Origin: Lingula anatina
Taxonomy: Eukaryota; Animalia; Brachiopoda
Assembly (NCBI GenBank): GCA_051362555.1
Contig: CM120647.1
Span: 13,368,651-13,432,650 of the forward strand
Length of the DNA stretch: 64,000 nucleotides
Direction of reading: 5' to 3'
In this document: piece after piece, positions 13,743-26,990 of the stretch
Numbering within the stretch: the first letter of the stretch is position 1
Layout of the letters: each line of letters opens with the position of its first letter
Program-made: the position numbers and the translations under genes
Notes under the pieces: generated by a model
What the model saw: only the letters and a program-made list of their open reading frames with translations
The model's database searches: none
What the model was told of the DNA's origin: nothing

Positions 13743-16700
13743 CAAGTTACATATAACCAGTAGAGACTGAATGATGCAGGCAAGAAGGCTGTGGAACGGT
13801 CATGCGTTTATCATCTTATCTATGCCCGTCAAGATATATCAAAGATCAATCCAGAAATCAAGTAATTCAACAAAGGAAACAAACTGATACAACGTCATAA
13901 AAGCATATGACCCAAAACGTTTCGTAAAAAAATCTTTTAATTATTGGCATATTTCACGGCGGAAGAAGCCTCGGTTTAGAAATACCGGTTTAAGCGTGCT
14001 ATATTAGAATCCGTAGGTAGACTGATCGGTTGCCTCGTAGTCAATATCCTTATTTAACAAACGAGCAATATGAAACACGCTTTTAACATCGTGCTGTTGA
14101 TAATTATATACATGTATATAGCCAGATACAATTCTAAGAGTCTGACTATGCTTTGCAAAAAAATCCTTAAATAATTGCCTTAGTTTACCACAAAACCCAC
14201 GTGTCTCATCATTCTCTATCAATACTTCGAATCACACAGATATGTTTTAATCACGACTTGATATAGGTCACATTTACGTCTGTCTTATCGCGGTTAAAGT
14301 CGCATTCTTTATAATTAAACCACAGCACAATACTATGAATCTTGTCAGCGCTTCCCTGCAATGTGAGCAGCTTCCAAGTTAACCAGGTTAGGACAGATAA
14401 TCGATATTGTTTTGAGGAGGATCTGATTCTCTGTATCGTTGTTTAAGAACAGCTTTCGCTATGTATACAGTATATATCCAGTATGGCAGTGGCAGTTCTA
14501 GATTTTTCTCGTTCCCTTTCGAAATATTAAAAAAATTGACACAAAAAAGTCTGGAAATAATGTAATTCGTTATTTTTTTATCCATGTTCGAATACTAACG
14601 ACATTTAGAAATTTGTATTTTTTTGTAAGTGCAATATCTTACTTGTTTTTCATTTTAAGCAAACACCCAAGTGATGCAGATTACATTTTAAATGGTATGA
14701 GGTATTCCCGCTTTATAAACGCACCAGAACTATTTTGCCAGCCGAATACATGTAGGATACAATGTATGTATTTGCCTTTCTTGGTTTGGTACCAGTCTAA
14801 CTCACAAAATTACGGAATGATTTTGATAAAATTTTCAGAGCAGGTCAGACGTGGACTACCTCAGAATCGACCAGATTTTGGCACCGATCCACCGATTAAT
14901 TCATTCATTAATGAGAACGGAGTAGTCTTGGCGCAGGTCGGCTCGCTCTGAGTTCTTGTCTTAATGTTAATGGACTTTGCCGTTGTTGCAGTGGGCCCTT
15001 GGCCCCATCGATTGGATCTTTTCCTTAGAAGTGTTGTGTGTGTGTGTGTGTGTGAGTGTGTGCATGCTCGCACGTGTTTATGTTTATGTCTGTGCGTGCA
15101 CGTGCGTGCGAGCTTGCGTATGTTGAAATGGAGACCGCAATCGGGGTATTTTTGCAAAATCCGGTTTCTGTAACTTACCAATACACATGACAAGAAGCTA
15201 GCTTGACACCCCCTTCTTCCTGTCGTAACCTAGACTGAAGACGAAGCCTAGTGTTTTACTAAGGAAAACCAGTCTTGTTCTGTGAATAGTATATAATGGC
15301 CGAGTACCTAAAGTATATATTGCGTTTTCATCCTGGTGGTTTATGGTAAAGAAGCAAAGATGTGATTGTGTGTGTGTGTGTGTGTGTTTGTTTGTTTGTT
15401 TGTGTGAGTGTCTGTCTGTGTGTGTCTGTGTGTGTGTGTGTGTGTGTAACGGGATGGTCGCTTAGTGACTGAACAGTCTGAGATGCGCAACCTGGCGGCT
15501 CCTCAATTCCCAGCCGAGACTTATAAAATCTTAACACCAACATGTCTGACAGAACCACAACCAGTGTCTGAGAACCGTTGCCAACGGCCGATTCTCCAGA
15601 GCCGGCAATCTGTAGTTTCAGTCTGGCCTTCATATAAGGTTATTTCATCCCTACGGGATTTTTTTCAGAGCTCTGCCTACTGTTTGCTTTAAGTTCAAAC
15701 TCCGCTGAATAATAGAATCGGTGGAGGTTATTTCCCAGGAGTGAAGACGAAGCCAAGCAGAGGTTTCCAATGATTTTGATTTTTTTTTGTGCTTCAATAA
15801 CCTCTGAAGAGTTTAGCTCATTTTTTACTCACGCGTTCTCCTAAAACACTATATCTATATAAATTAATTTTTTTGTCCCTCAACCTCCCTCTTGTTAGCT
15901 AAAATTCCAAAGTTTCTCTCTGGTTATTCTTCTGGTAGAATATGAGGTACAGTGTAAATAAATGTTCTATGAACAAGGTTTATTTTGAATCAATCTACAT
16001 GTACAATACATCAGCTTAACTTGTGATATATACTTTGCACCAAAAGTAAGTTTACGACGAAATGCCAAAACAGTTCCATAAAAACAACCTTAAAATACAC
16101 CACACTCTCAAGGAATATGATAAGATTATATGAAAAAATCAATACTGAGCTGTAGCGTACTCGGCATTGAAGTTAGCACTTAATCAAAAACATAAACCTT
16201 GTCAAATAACTCGATGAAAAAAATACAAAAACCCATTTCCTTTGTAAGAGGTTTGTTCGTCAATTCAGAAAAAAATGCATTCTATTTTTCTAAAGTTTTG
16301 CAGCCTTCAAGCATCGCTAACATTAAACATGGCGACAAATCACCAATCTGCAACTTCCAGAAAGTAGGGAGTACGTAAGAACCTCAATGCTCGTCGCATC
16401 CAGGCAAGACATAACAAATCCATTTGTCGATCGCGGGGCTTCCGATAGTAAATACAGCGCTAATTTGGTATCCGCCCGCTGTGCAAATGTTGTAAACCCT
16501 GAAGATGGATAATTAACTGCATCTTACGCATTTTACTTCGATAATGATTCAAATGAACCACAAGACTGTGTCACTATTATCTTGGGCCTTGGTCAGACGT
16601 TACTAATTGTCTTCTCATATTTTATTCTATTTCATTATTATTATTATTTTTTTTTTTTGACAATCAATGACGTTTTTTTCTAATCTGATCTCTTGCCATT

Positions 16701-18586
16701 GCTAAATCCTTTTTTTTTTTTTTTGTATGTAAAATTTCCAAGTTTCAAAAACCAATGGATTTACATATTATGACATAAACACTTGAGTTCATACTGTAAA
16801 ACCCGGAGATGCACGTGGACTCGGCATTACGTATTCAATATATCATGGAAATATATGACATTCATAATATTATCTACCCGCAGTCCTGAGAACACAATAC
16901 TCGAACAATTATAATGTGATTTTCACTCATGTGCTGTTACCAAGGCAACGCGATGTCAGTGAATTAAGGAGGTGATATTGTGGCAAACAGCGCGTCTTAA
17001 TGTTGACATTAAGCGAGTATTCTACACTGGCAGGGACTTGCCAGCCAGACATAATATATAAGAGCAGATATTGAAATGTCTCAGATATGTTTCAATCTGA
17101 AAAGAGGTCAATTTACTTCTTATGTGGGATGTTTGTTTTTTGTTTTTGTTTTTTTTAAATATTTTGTATTTAAAAAATAAAACAACAAACTTTCCGTCTG
17201 AATGATATTAGCTGAATATCCAAAAAAGACTTAATCTTCAAATTCATATTCAGCGTCTTATCACATTAGTCCATATATAGACACCATTTTTCGTATAGAA
17301 CTATCCTAGGACTAAAACGTTCTCATTGAACCTCCAGATATTGAACGGCATTTACTTCAAGCTAACCAGGGCCTTTATCGTTTGCAAACCTCGCTCTCTG
17401 GGGAACCCCATGAATATGACCGTGCCTCATCTTTAATAGGTTGCTTGGTCCTGGGAGAGGCAATACAATCCATTAGCAAATAACCATTACCGATAACAAA
17501 CGTCATGATTCTGGCATCGGGCCGTCAACGGGGCATAACGCACGGGCTCAAACCATTTGACACGTGCGATATTATTGGAGTGCGCGTCGTTGTATGATGC
17601 TTAATATCGGGAGAGATCAATGATCAATATGACTGCACTATTTGCTGAACGGCTTTGTAACGCATGTTTTGTGTCAGTTAGAGACCGTTTTAGAAGACAA
17701 TGCAGAATTACTGCATTTGAAAAAAGCATTACTGACGAGAAAAGTAGAAAGCATTTAATAACCATGCAATTAGTTGAAACTTTACACTTTGAATAGCTTA
17801 TTTGATTTAGTTTTCGGTAGAAAAAGATCGAGATGTTATCAATTTTTTCTCGAGTTGGCAAAGAAAGAAAAGTTTGCAATTTTTATAATTATTCATCATA
17901 TATCTCATTAGTCCAGCTTTCTCTAGTTTCCACAGTATTTCGGCCGCTTGCTATTGTGTATTTGCTTAGAAACTGACGCGCGAATCTTTATCGCAGGTGG
18001 ACTAATTTCGCGACATAGGCTTAATAACTACGCAAGCTGACATACCATACTTCTGTAGCAGGTATCAGCCATATGTATGGCACTCTTAATAACGAAAAAC
18101 GCTTTATCTATTTGCACAGCTTTTCTGCATAGTCGACAATGTGTATATGGGCACGCTGATTACATTTTTTTAATACAGTGTGATCATACAGCCTAACTGC
18201 AATAATTGCCAATTTCCTCAAACACCAGCTTATATTACATGCTGAATAAATGGCCTAGATGCCTTATAAGTTACGCAGCTGGCAACATGCTTATCTAAAT
18301 AAGTCACGACGACTCCTTGATACATGTATAAAGCTGAGGTTTATCTTTTCGCGTTGAAATATTTATGCGCAAGCCGTTCGGTTTTATCTGAATTGTGGGT
18401 GACGATATTGATTATAAAACACGATCGCATATATCAGATTAAGCAGATGCTATATTATTCTTAACACATTGCTATGGTTGCTACCAGCTTACGATTAGAA
18501 TCATAAAATTTCCAGTGCAATTGGAGGGGTTGGGGGGGGGGGAGCCCCCCTCTCCATTGTTGCACTCCATCCATTCACAATGTAAA

Positions 18587-18841
18587 CTAGAAAAGCATCC
18601 CGAGAGCTCAGACCTCCGCCAAGGCAGCGATTTTTTTATTATTATTGACTATTGATTGATTATTGATTGATTATATCCGCATCACCACCAAATACTAATC
18701 ATCTCTTCCTTTGCCCATTTCTGACAGTTCCGGAAAATTTCATCAAAATCGGTCTATAACTTTATGAGTTATGTTGATGACAAACAAACAAACAAACAGA
18801 CAAACAGGGGTGAAAACATAACCTCCTTGGCGGAGGTAATT
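18587..18841 (+). mobile_element. pearl/DINE-1/HINE-like (Helentron-associated) non-autonomous element
   Basis: 5' ACTAG..GACCTCCGCCAAGG subterminal IR, an internal (ACAA/ACAG)n microsatellite, and a 3' palindrome ACCTCCTTGGCGGAGGT. Partial reverse copies at about 5610-5740 and 14795-14962. The superfamily call is from memory. Confidence 0.6.
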
Positions 18842-19717
18842 AAATAGGCAAAATTTAGGCCTAAGTGGGCGGTAGTATCAAAGCCTATCTCCTGACCTCT
18901 AATGGGACCTGCAGTGTATTTTGAAGGTACTGTGCGGGTAATTCTATCATCTCGTGAAAATATTAATTAATTAATTAATTAATTATGTCAAAAAGCAAGG
19001 AAGGAAACGGATATTAAAATAGGCAGACGTATAGAATGAAATGCGTAGATATGGCTTCGCCAAATTTTAATAAGAGAAAAAGGGAAGTGCGTTTTCCACT
19101 CGCAATATTCTCGTATTTTCACTAAAACGTAGACCATGAGCAAAGCTATCAGAGACAAACCACTTTTCACGTTCTATTACATTAAATGCGCAGGTATGGT
19201 TTTGTATATTGAGTATGAACATTTCCAATTTATGAACATTTCTAATCTAAAGAAAGATATAATAATAATAATAATAAACAATATTGATGCATAATAACAT
19301 CCCATCAACCGCAAATTCATTTCGCAGAAGACAAGACGCAGTTACATTATCGTACTCATCTCAGTAATTCACCCAGCACAAGTCATTGTGTCATTAAATA
19401 CATATTCCTATCTGCAAGAATCCATTATCAGTGCATACTGTCACTAAAGGATCGAAATCCGAGGCTTTAACTACGACATGCATTAAGTTCACTGCACCGA
19501 GATCCTTCGTGATTGATAACTGCGAAGCTGCAGTATGTTGTTCCTAAGTGCTTTTATGGAAGACTTTTTTCATATAGACGAACTAAACGTGACTGCACCC
19601 CGCGAAGATGCTTGCATTTTGACGTGGAAATAACGGAGGCAGAAGGCGAGAAGGAGAGGTTCTAGATAACAGTCCATCAGTGGGGAGGGAGGAGGTGGTT
19701 AAACGTAGCCTCTGCTT

Positions 19718-19847
19718 AACCTCTACCAGGGCCACAGATTTGATTTTTCACTAAATATTCACAGAATATGTGTCTGACTAAATATGGTCCTCTAACTGTG
19801 TGGCTTGTGGAAATGTGCCTATAATATCTGCCACCCTGGTAGAGGGT
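19718..19847. mobile_element. 130-bp MITE with an 11-bp TSD (MULE-like)
   Basis: AGCCTCTGCTT|AACCTCTACCAGGG...CCCTGGTAGAGGGT|AGCCTCTGCTT; truncated second copy at about 46993-47087. Confidence 0.8.
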
Positions 19848-20545
19848 AGCCTCTGCTTTCGTTTTGTTTGCAAGCGATCGACCTGTTTGCTACCCAAGTA
19901 GCCATCCTCCCTGTTCTACACTGCTTGATCCACCAGTAGTTAATACGCAAATACAACTGATCAAATATGTGTGTTCAACCACCTTCATCTCTACAAACGC
20001 AAGTGCACTGCAATGATGCGGGTTTCATATTCATAGCGAATTATCAAATATATATGGAATATACGATACGTACGCTACTTTACTGCCAGCCGCATTAACG
20101 TGACCTATAAAGCGCTAACTACATTCGAGGTGAAAATTATCACAGAATAAAGCGAAAGGTGTATTATGGAAGTAATGACATATTACGGTTACATGTACAT
20201 GTACTGATAATTGGACTTTTAACTCAAACACACCCACCCTAATACTACATAATACGAGGCTAAAATGTCTATAGGAATGTACAATGTTCTTGTAATATTT
20301 CTTATATATCCGTTATATACTTACAGACGTACATGCGTAGCACCATCACAGACCCCAAAGATTATATGAGATACCAGAAAAACACGAGCGACACACAACA
20401 TACATATTATACTATTACGAATTACGCGAATATGTATACTACTATTTACCGCTATTGTACACTACTAGCTTATGGAGTCATACATGTATGTGCTAATAGA
20501 TTTACTTTATATCCATTTTCGGATATTCTATGCCCAAAAGCTCAC

Positions 20546-23500
20546 CTACGTTGATGTAAATGATCACCCCAATCACGGCGAGGAGAAGTAACAATCCCAC
20601 CGTAATGAACACAATGTTTAGAATTTTTTTCAATAGCAAATACTCATCAGTGCCTGGGTTGAGAATGTTGCGATCCAGTCCTCCTTTGCCTTCCAGTCTG
20701 TTATCCTCTAAACGTTTGTAAATTCTTTGCAGAGTGGAGTTCTGTTTTCGGTGGGATTTTAAAGCAACGCTGTCTTTGGAATCCTCTCTTTTATCGTCTA
20801 AATTATCCATCGAGACGCTGGTGGCGTCCATGTCACTTCTAGGGTCCGATTTTGGATTTGAGGCCAGCGCCATCTCGGGAGAAATTGTGGAATTATTATT
20901 ATTATTACTGTTATTATCATTAGGCTGTAACGTAGACGCTCCTTGTCCCTGCTGTTTTAATAACAATTCCTCGATACTCTCGTCATTGCGACCCGCCTCA
21001 TTGATATTCACAATCTCGTCGTGCTGTGCTGATTGAGTACCTCCGCTGGCGGGGAAATCCTCGCGGGCCAATCGATCGCGTTCGTCTGCTCCGCCAGCTT
21101 CCACTGCAGAAACCGATTTGTTGTGCCTCCGGCTTAGTGGGGTGGCAGCTCGGAAGTAATGCTCAAACGAGAAAAGCTCAAAATCACTCGAGTCGTACTC
21201 ATCTCCTGTAAGTTCAGGGGCACTCTTTCGGTCTATTTGACGCATGCGCGTATCCGGAAACTTCCCGTCGTTTCTGTCATCGTCACGATTGTTGCCCGCA
21301 GCCTGCCTGTTTGCGCAGCCGATGTCCTCACTAAAGGCGCGCGTATATTTAGATTTGCGTTGACCGCTTTCTGGAGGATAAAACGCGTCGCTAACTTCAC
21401 TATCGTTTGGATCAGGGACATATTGCGCAACTATATTATGATCCCTTTTTTGAGATTCTCTGCGTTTTTGCGGAGATGAAGCCCTGTCGGACTGTTTAAC
21501 ATTATTCGCATCTTGTCCATTTTTTAAACCGTTCTGATCACTTTCGCTGTCTTTGGTTGCACGTGTACCTTTCTGACTGGCACGAGAAGCGGATCGCCTC
21601 CTTGCTAAATCTGACGAGGGCGACTGCAGCAACGGCGGGGGCTCGGATGCCGGGCGAACAACTTTACTCGAAATATCCTGATTTGGGTTAACGCCCGTCT
21701 TCTCGTTTTTAGTGATCCCGTTGGTTGCAGGCCCCCCCTTCGTCACTTCTTTCGGAGGCACGGTAATGAAGCGGTTTTGGTAATATATGACAGACCTGGC
21801 TGGCGGACCCGGTTTGTGAGGGGCACTTTCGGGTCTTTTCTCAGGCTTCTGCTGATCACGCATCTTTTCAGTGCTGGACCACGTGTTCCGGCGCACATCT
21901 CTTTCCTCTGGGACTAGTAGACTGTTACCGGTCTCATCGTCATTTTCACTTAAAGAACCGACCCGGCCCTGCGCAGACGCTGCTCTGGACTTAGGCCTGT
22001 TGAGTGAGTGCTTTCCGTAAAGGGAAGAACTCTGCGGACAATCTGAGTATTCCTCCACTTCTTTATCGAGGTCGTGACTTGCGTCAAGATGGTGAGCTTC
22101 TTTTCTACTATAACCATGCGTGCTTGAGTCGTACGAACTGGGCCGAATATCCTTTCTGTGATCTTTCTTAGTTTTCTGAGTAGGAGAGCTACTATAGAAA
22201 GTTGCGTCTGATTGCACGACCCTGTGTTTAGATTTTGGCGACTGTCGAGACGGCCGACTCTTTGGCCTATCAAAGGAACCGCTCTGGTCCTCTGACGTAC
22301 TGCTTGAATATTTTCTTTGCCTTGCCGCGAGTGACAGTCTGTAGTCTCGCGGTCTCGCTTCCTCGCGCGTCACAGAGTGACCAAGGGCCTTTTGCTGACG
22401 TTGCTCGTCCGATGCGCTGCTGGATGAACGGTGCTCTGTCTCGGAGGAGTTATTCCCTGGGCTGTAAGAAGCACTGGCTGAACTTTCAATGGGACCCGGT
22501 GTCTTGTTGTGTCTTGACGGGGAAGGCGTCGTTAAATAGCTGTCTACGTCACCGTCCACCCCAGCTGGAGAGTCAAGGTATGGAGACCGTTCTGACTGTG
22601 ACCTTGAAGATGACCTCGATGGAGGTCGGGGTGACTTGGATCTTGACCTAGATAAAAGTGTAGGTGAATTTGAACTTTTTGTAGATGGCGGCTGCGGCGA
22701 CCTAGACCTTGACGATGGTCGAGGTGACCTTGACCTACTACGCGCACTAGGCGATCGGAGAAAATCCTTCTTTTCTACTGATCCCTTTGACTCTGCTGTG
22801 TGTTCTTCAAGGGCTTTGCCACGCTGTTTAGGTGGGCTTCGTTTTATCTGATCCGGACTGTTTTGGTTGGCGCCATGCTTTTCATGGTTTCCGCTCTTTG
22901 TCAGTTGCTCTTCCTGGCGCTTAATATTTTCCCTTTCTTTTTGTTCTCTTCGATGGGAATGATTATGTTCCGATTTGGTGGCTTTACCCTGTGTATAAGC
23001 ATCTAATTCATCACCGCTGGCGTGAGTTTTGTGGTTAACTTTCAGTCCATGAGGATTTTTCAGTGACTCAGTTTCAACACTGTAAGCGGGGCCTCCGTGT
23101 TTCTGACCCGCGGGAAAAGAATGCGCGTGACTGTGTGAGGTTAAATTACTGGATAGCTCGTTAATGGCCTCTGCTATTTCCAGTGGGCTTGGAGCACGTA
23201 GGTACGACTCCTGCCTTTCATCTAGACCGGAGCCACTCGGCTCCTCTTGGTTAACGGGTGAAACTGCAGAGTTTCTTCCGCTTCTGGGACCGTTTGGGGT
23301 TTTCCCGTGAGACTGGCCAGATCTACGGGGTTTCCCAGAGCTGTGGTGCCTAGATCTACTGGGGTAGGGCGAGCGCACGCGCGGGTGCCTAGTTACCGGC
23401 GGTGGGTGGTCTGGAACAGATAACAAATCATTATCTACGTTCACATCTTCACTGCCCACGCTGGAAGCGCGTTTATGGCGACCAGGCGACCAGGCGCCAG

Positions 23501-23942
23501 GCGTCTCGGTACAGGCGACATCTTCCTGGATGCGAGGAAGTGGTGATCGTCTGCTGGGGGCAGAGCCACGTGATGATTGCCGCCTTTGAGAACCACGTGG
23601 TGACTTGCTAACAGGTAAAGCAGTAGCTTTTGCACTGACAGAGTTGGTAGGTTCCTGGGGTTTGTTTAATCCCTGTGATTTACCAGCTCCCTGTGATTTT
23701 TTTGTTGCCTGTGGGCTGCTACTAGTAGATACTTCTGGTTTACTACCGGTACCCTGTGAATTGCTACCTCCCTTTGGTTTAACGGGCCTCCTAGGGATAG
23801 AGAAACCGTTGGCGTCAGGTTTTGCCGGTTCCGCACCCGCTGCACCGTGCCGGCCAAAACTGAGAATATCCTTACTAAACTTTGGAACATCTGGCAAGGC
23901 GTTGGATAAAAACTTGGCGAACGACTCGCTAGGGGCCGCCAT
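20546..23942 (-). CDS. Giant single exon of an uncharacterised disordered Ser/Arg/Pro-rich protein (about 1130 aa) with one C-terminal transmembrane helix
   Basis: ORF 20502-24023 is stop-free and GC-richer than its flanks. First ATG is at 23942 (gatATGGCG). It has RSRSRSP/SPxR tracts and ends in ILNIVFITVGLLLLLAVIGVIIYINV, followed directly by a donor AG|GTGAG at 20546/20545. The terminal exon is uncertain (candidate 19411-19383). Confidence 0.85.
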
Positions 23943-26289
23943 ATCGTTCCGATCGATCTCGTTTCGTTCTCCCGGGGTTTTACTTATCCTTGTCCTGTTG
24001 CGCTCCAATACCTTCCAAAACACATTTACGAATTGTAATTGCTTTAATGCACGTTATATAGGAGCCGGTTTGTTATTAAAGCCTGTTGAACAGAGCACAT
24101 TTCCATTTCATTTTGTCTTCCGATGCGTTTCTTTGAGAATCATTTTTAAGAATCTGAACTCATGAATGCTCCACTTGTCCTTTGTTCTCAGATTTTAGAA
24201 TCTTAATTTAAGATGTATTAATTGCTGTGTGTATTAACTTCATATTCCAACTGATCTTCTTTTCTTTACGATCTTGGTGTCAATCACGTTAACTTCAACC
24301 GGTAAAATTTTTGTTTGGAAAGACGAATCTATAATAGTCGTTTTTCACTGTATCCCGTTTGTCATACTTTTTTTTCTCTTTTTAATGAGCCCCTCTTTAA
24401 GTCCGATACACTTCATCCGGTAACTTTTTATATAGATAGACGGAACTATGATATTAGTTCACAATATATATGTTTTTTGTGTCCCTATTGAACAGGTCCA
24501 CAATTAATTTAGATTTCGTTATCAGTCGTAAGCCTCTTATATTGAATTGTACACCGAAACAAATTTGGTTTTCATACAGTGAAGTTATTTCCCGTGTTGT
24601 TGCCAGCTGATGACTGGAAGTTCTTCAAAGAATTATTGTGGCAAAACATCAAACAACAGTTCTCTATATTGTTTGAATAGTTTACAGTTATCAGTTAATA
24701 AATCGGATAGTATGCGGTATAGTTTTTAGACGTTAACTCTTCATATTATCCATTGACATCAACTGTCCTTGTTGTCCTCTTTTTTACAAAGACATATTTT
24801 GCATATGTCGCGAAATCACCCCTCCAGCTTGGAATTTCCTTTGCTCCATTGATGTAATATGGTATTATCCACTATTCTGCAAGGAACTAATCCACACGTG
24901 GCTAAAATGTCTTGTTTTAGGCCAAATATCAGCCATGTATTTTCCAGTTGTAAACAGGCTCTTGAGATAGGAATTTGGAGTAGATTTTTCTGGGAAAACC
25001 GCATGTTGTATTGAAGATGTTTATCTTCAGCTAAGGTGACCTTTGTCTATAGCCCACCGGTGACCAAAGCACCCCGTTAAGTTCCTAATCAAATTTTATC
25101 ATTAAGCACCAGGTACGCCAGAGACTTTTGACATAATTTGGTACAGGTACAGTCCAAGTGGTTCAACTGGTGAATGGCTTTCTTCAGTAATTAATGAGCT
25201 CCGATCTCTTATCAATACCCTCAGATTTGACACTTAATCAGAATTATCAGACATGACCTCACAATGATGTTAAAAACATATCTGTTAAACTGCTGTGTAG
25301 GTTCACAGTCTTTAAGCTTGAACAACATAGATGAGAGCGCCCCGACTACCGTGGGTGGTGGGTGTCAAAGTTACGTAACCACTTACAGCGCAGCCAAAGT
25401 ATCGACTGTCCATAACAATTTGGATGTTAAACGTGTTTTAACCGCTCCCATCAGTTAAACTCTCACGCTCTCGGCTGCCCAGCAATTGGATACAAACATG
25501 GTTTTCAAATTGTGAATTGTCTTAAATCCAAGATCCCATGGTGCTAAACGATTTTAAATTGCACTGTCTTAAAAAAAACGAGGAAACCCGTTCGGATCGT
25601 GTTTCCAATTTGCCCTATCTCTTGCCGCATTCAGTCAGCCGCCTACACTAAATCACGACTTGTTAAGACCATCACCAAGTGAAAACAAGGAATCGGAATT
25701 GGACTGGGGCCCAAACTGGCTTCTCGCTTGCTCTGGAAGTTGTTATTTCGATTAAAGGATTTGGCCCATTTTTGCCAATGTTGACTCACTTTGTTTATCT
25801 GCTATAGGAAGCATTGGGGCGTTAAGGGTACATGGAGGAAATGATAAGAGCAAACAACACCCATCTTTTAATAGATTGGCCCAGAGGCATTGATCAAAGA
25901 ACATAGAATAACGATCCCAGGCTCGTCTTGAAGCAGCATATACGTGCCGTACCAATCTAGGGATTGAAAAGATTGCCGTTGTATTTCTGTGTACTTGGAA
26001 TCAAATGTCCCGTGTCGCAGTTTCTTTCGCCCGTTTCAAACCTGCCTTTAATTGTATAAATACTGATCATGCTGACAGGTTGCTTCTTTTAATAAAAGTA
26101 CATGTAAAAATTAGTAGACAATTAAGTAAGAGATCTTAAAAATAATAAAAATATATAAAAATACAAATAATAAACAAATGAAATAAATAAAATAATAATA
26201 AAATTTAATTAGAATAAAAAATCCTTAAAAATAAAGACTTAAAAAAAAACAAGACTTAAAAAATAAAATACAGAACAAATGCAAAGTTA

Positions 26290-26990
26290 AAAGCATTAAT
26301 TTAGATTTAAAAGTTGTTTACTAAAAGTAAAAAGAAAAAATGTCCTAATGTAACGTTCTGTAAAATGTAAAATGGTCAGTCATACATTTTTTTGAAAGAT
26401 AAGTTCTCTTGGTAACTGATTCCATTCGTACCGGACAGCGTATTCAAGAGATTTTCCCCAAATGTTTTAAACTTTGCACATGGATGTTTTAATAATAACT
26501 AGCCCTTGGATCTTAACGTGCGATTTGGTGAGTAATGAGGTACAAGTTTACAAAGATAATATGGTGCCAGTCCATAAAAAGCAACATGAGCATATATTAA
26601 AAGTTTGAATAAAAGCCTTGCATGCATGTACAGATAGCCAGTGAAGTTCTTTTAAAATCAGTGTTATGTGAGTTTGAGTAAAAAGACGAGCTGAGATCTT
26701 TTGGATGTGTTGGAGTTCCTTTGCCATTATTTGATGTTTTATTGCTTCAATGTCTGGCGTCAGTCAAAATAAAGAACACGATAAGAAACGAGTCTGATCG
26801 TAGGCTAATGATTTCAGCATCCCATTGGGTTGATATGTTAGGAAAAACAATGAACCAATTGTCTAGCAGTCTGTTATTGACAACCCGAACACCACTCATA
26901 TCAGCCAATAATGCCAGTTTTGTCGTAGTTAAGGAATCTGCGGTATGGTGTCTTATAACACAGTTTTCATCTGTTTGTGGCATGATTTAC
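26290..26990 (-). mobile_element. Decayed L2-clade LINE, ORF2 3' end
   Basis: Minus-strand translation with frameshifts gives ELQHIQKISARLF..HITLILKELHWL..FKLLIYAHVAFYGLAPYYLCKLVPHYSPNRTLRS..EWNQLP, matching the L2 HITP.L..LHWLP..GLAP.YL..R.LRS..WN.LP tail. Confidence 0.75.

Noticed and set aside
12988-15750. Possible downstream exons of the giant-exon gene (13067, 15025, 15234, 15328-15633)
   Set aside because: Several acceptors fit equally well, some overlap repeats, and none can be chosen from sequence alone.
20734-24165. Several plus-strand and off-frame ORFs (for example 23605-24165, 22235-22651, 20734-21036)
   Set aside because: Antisense or frame shadows of the GC-rich giant exon, with no independent coding signal.
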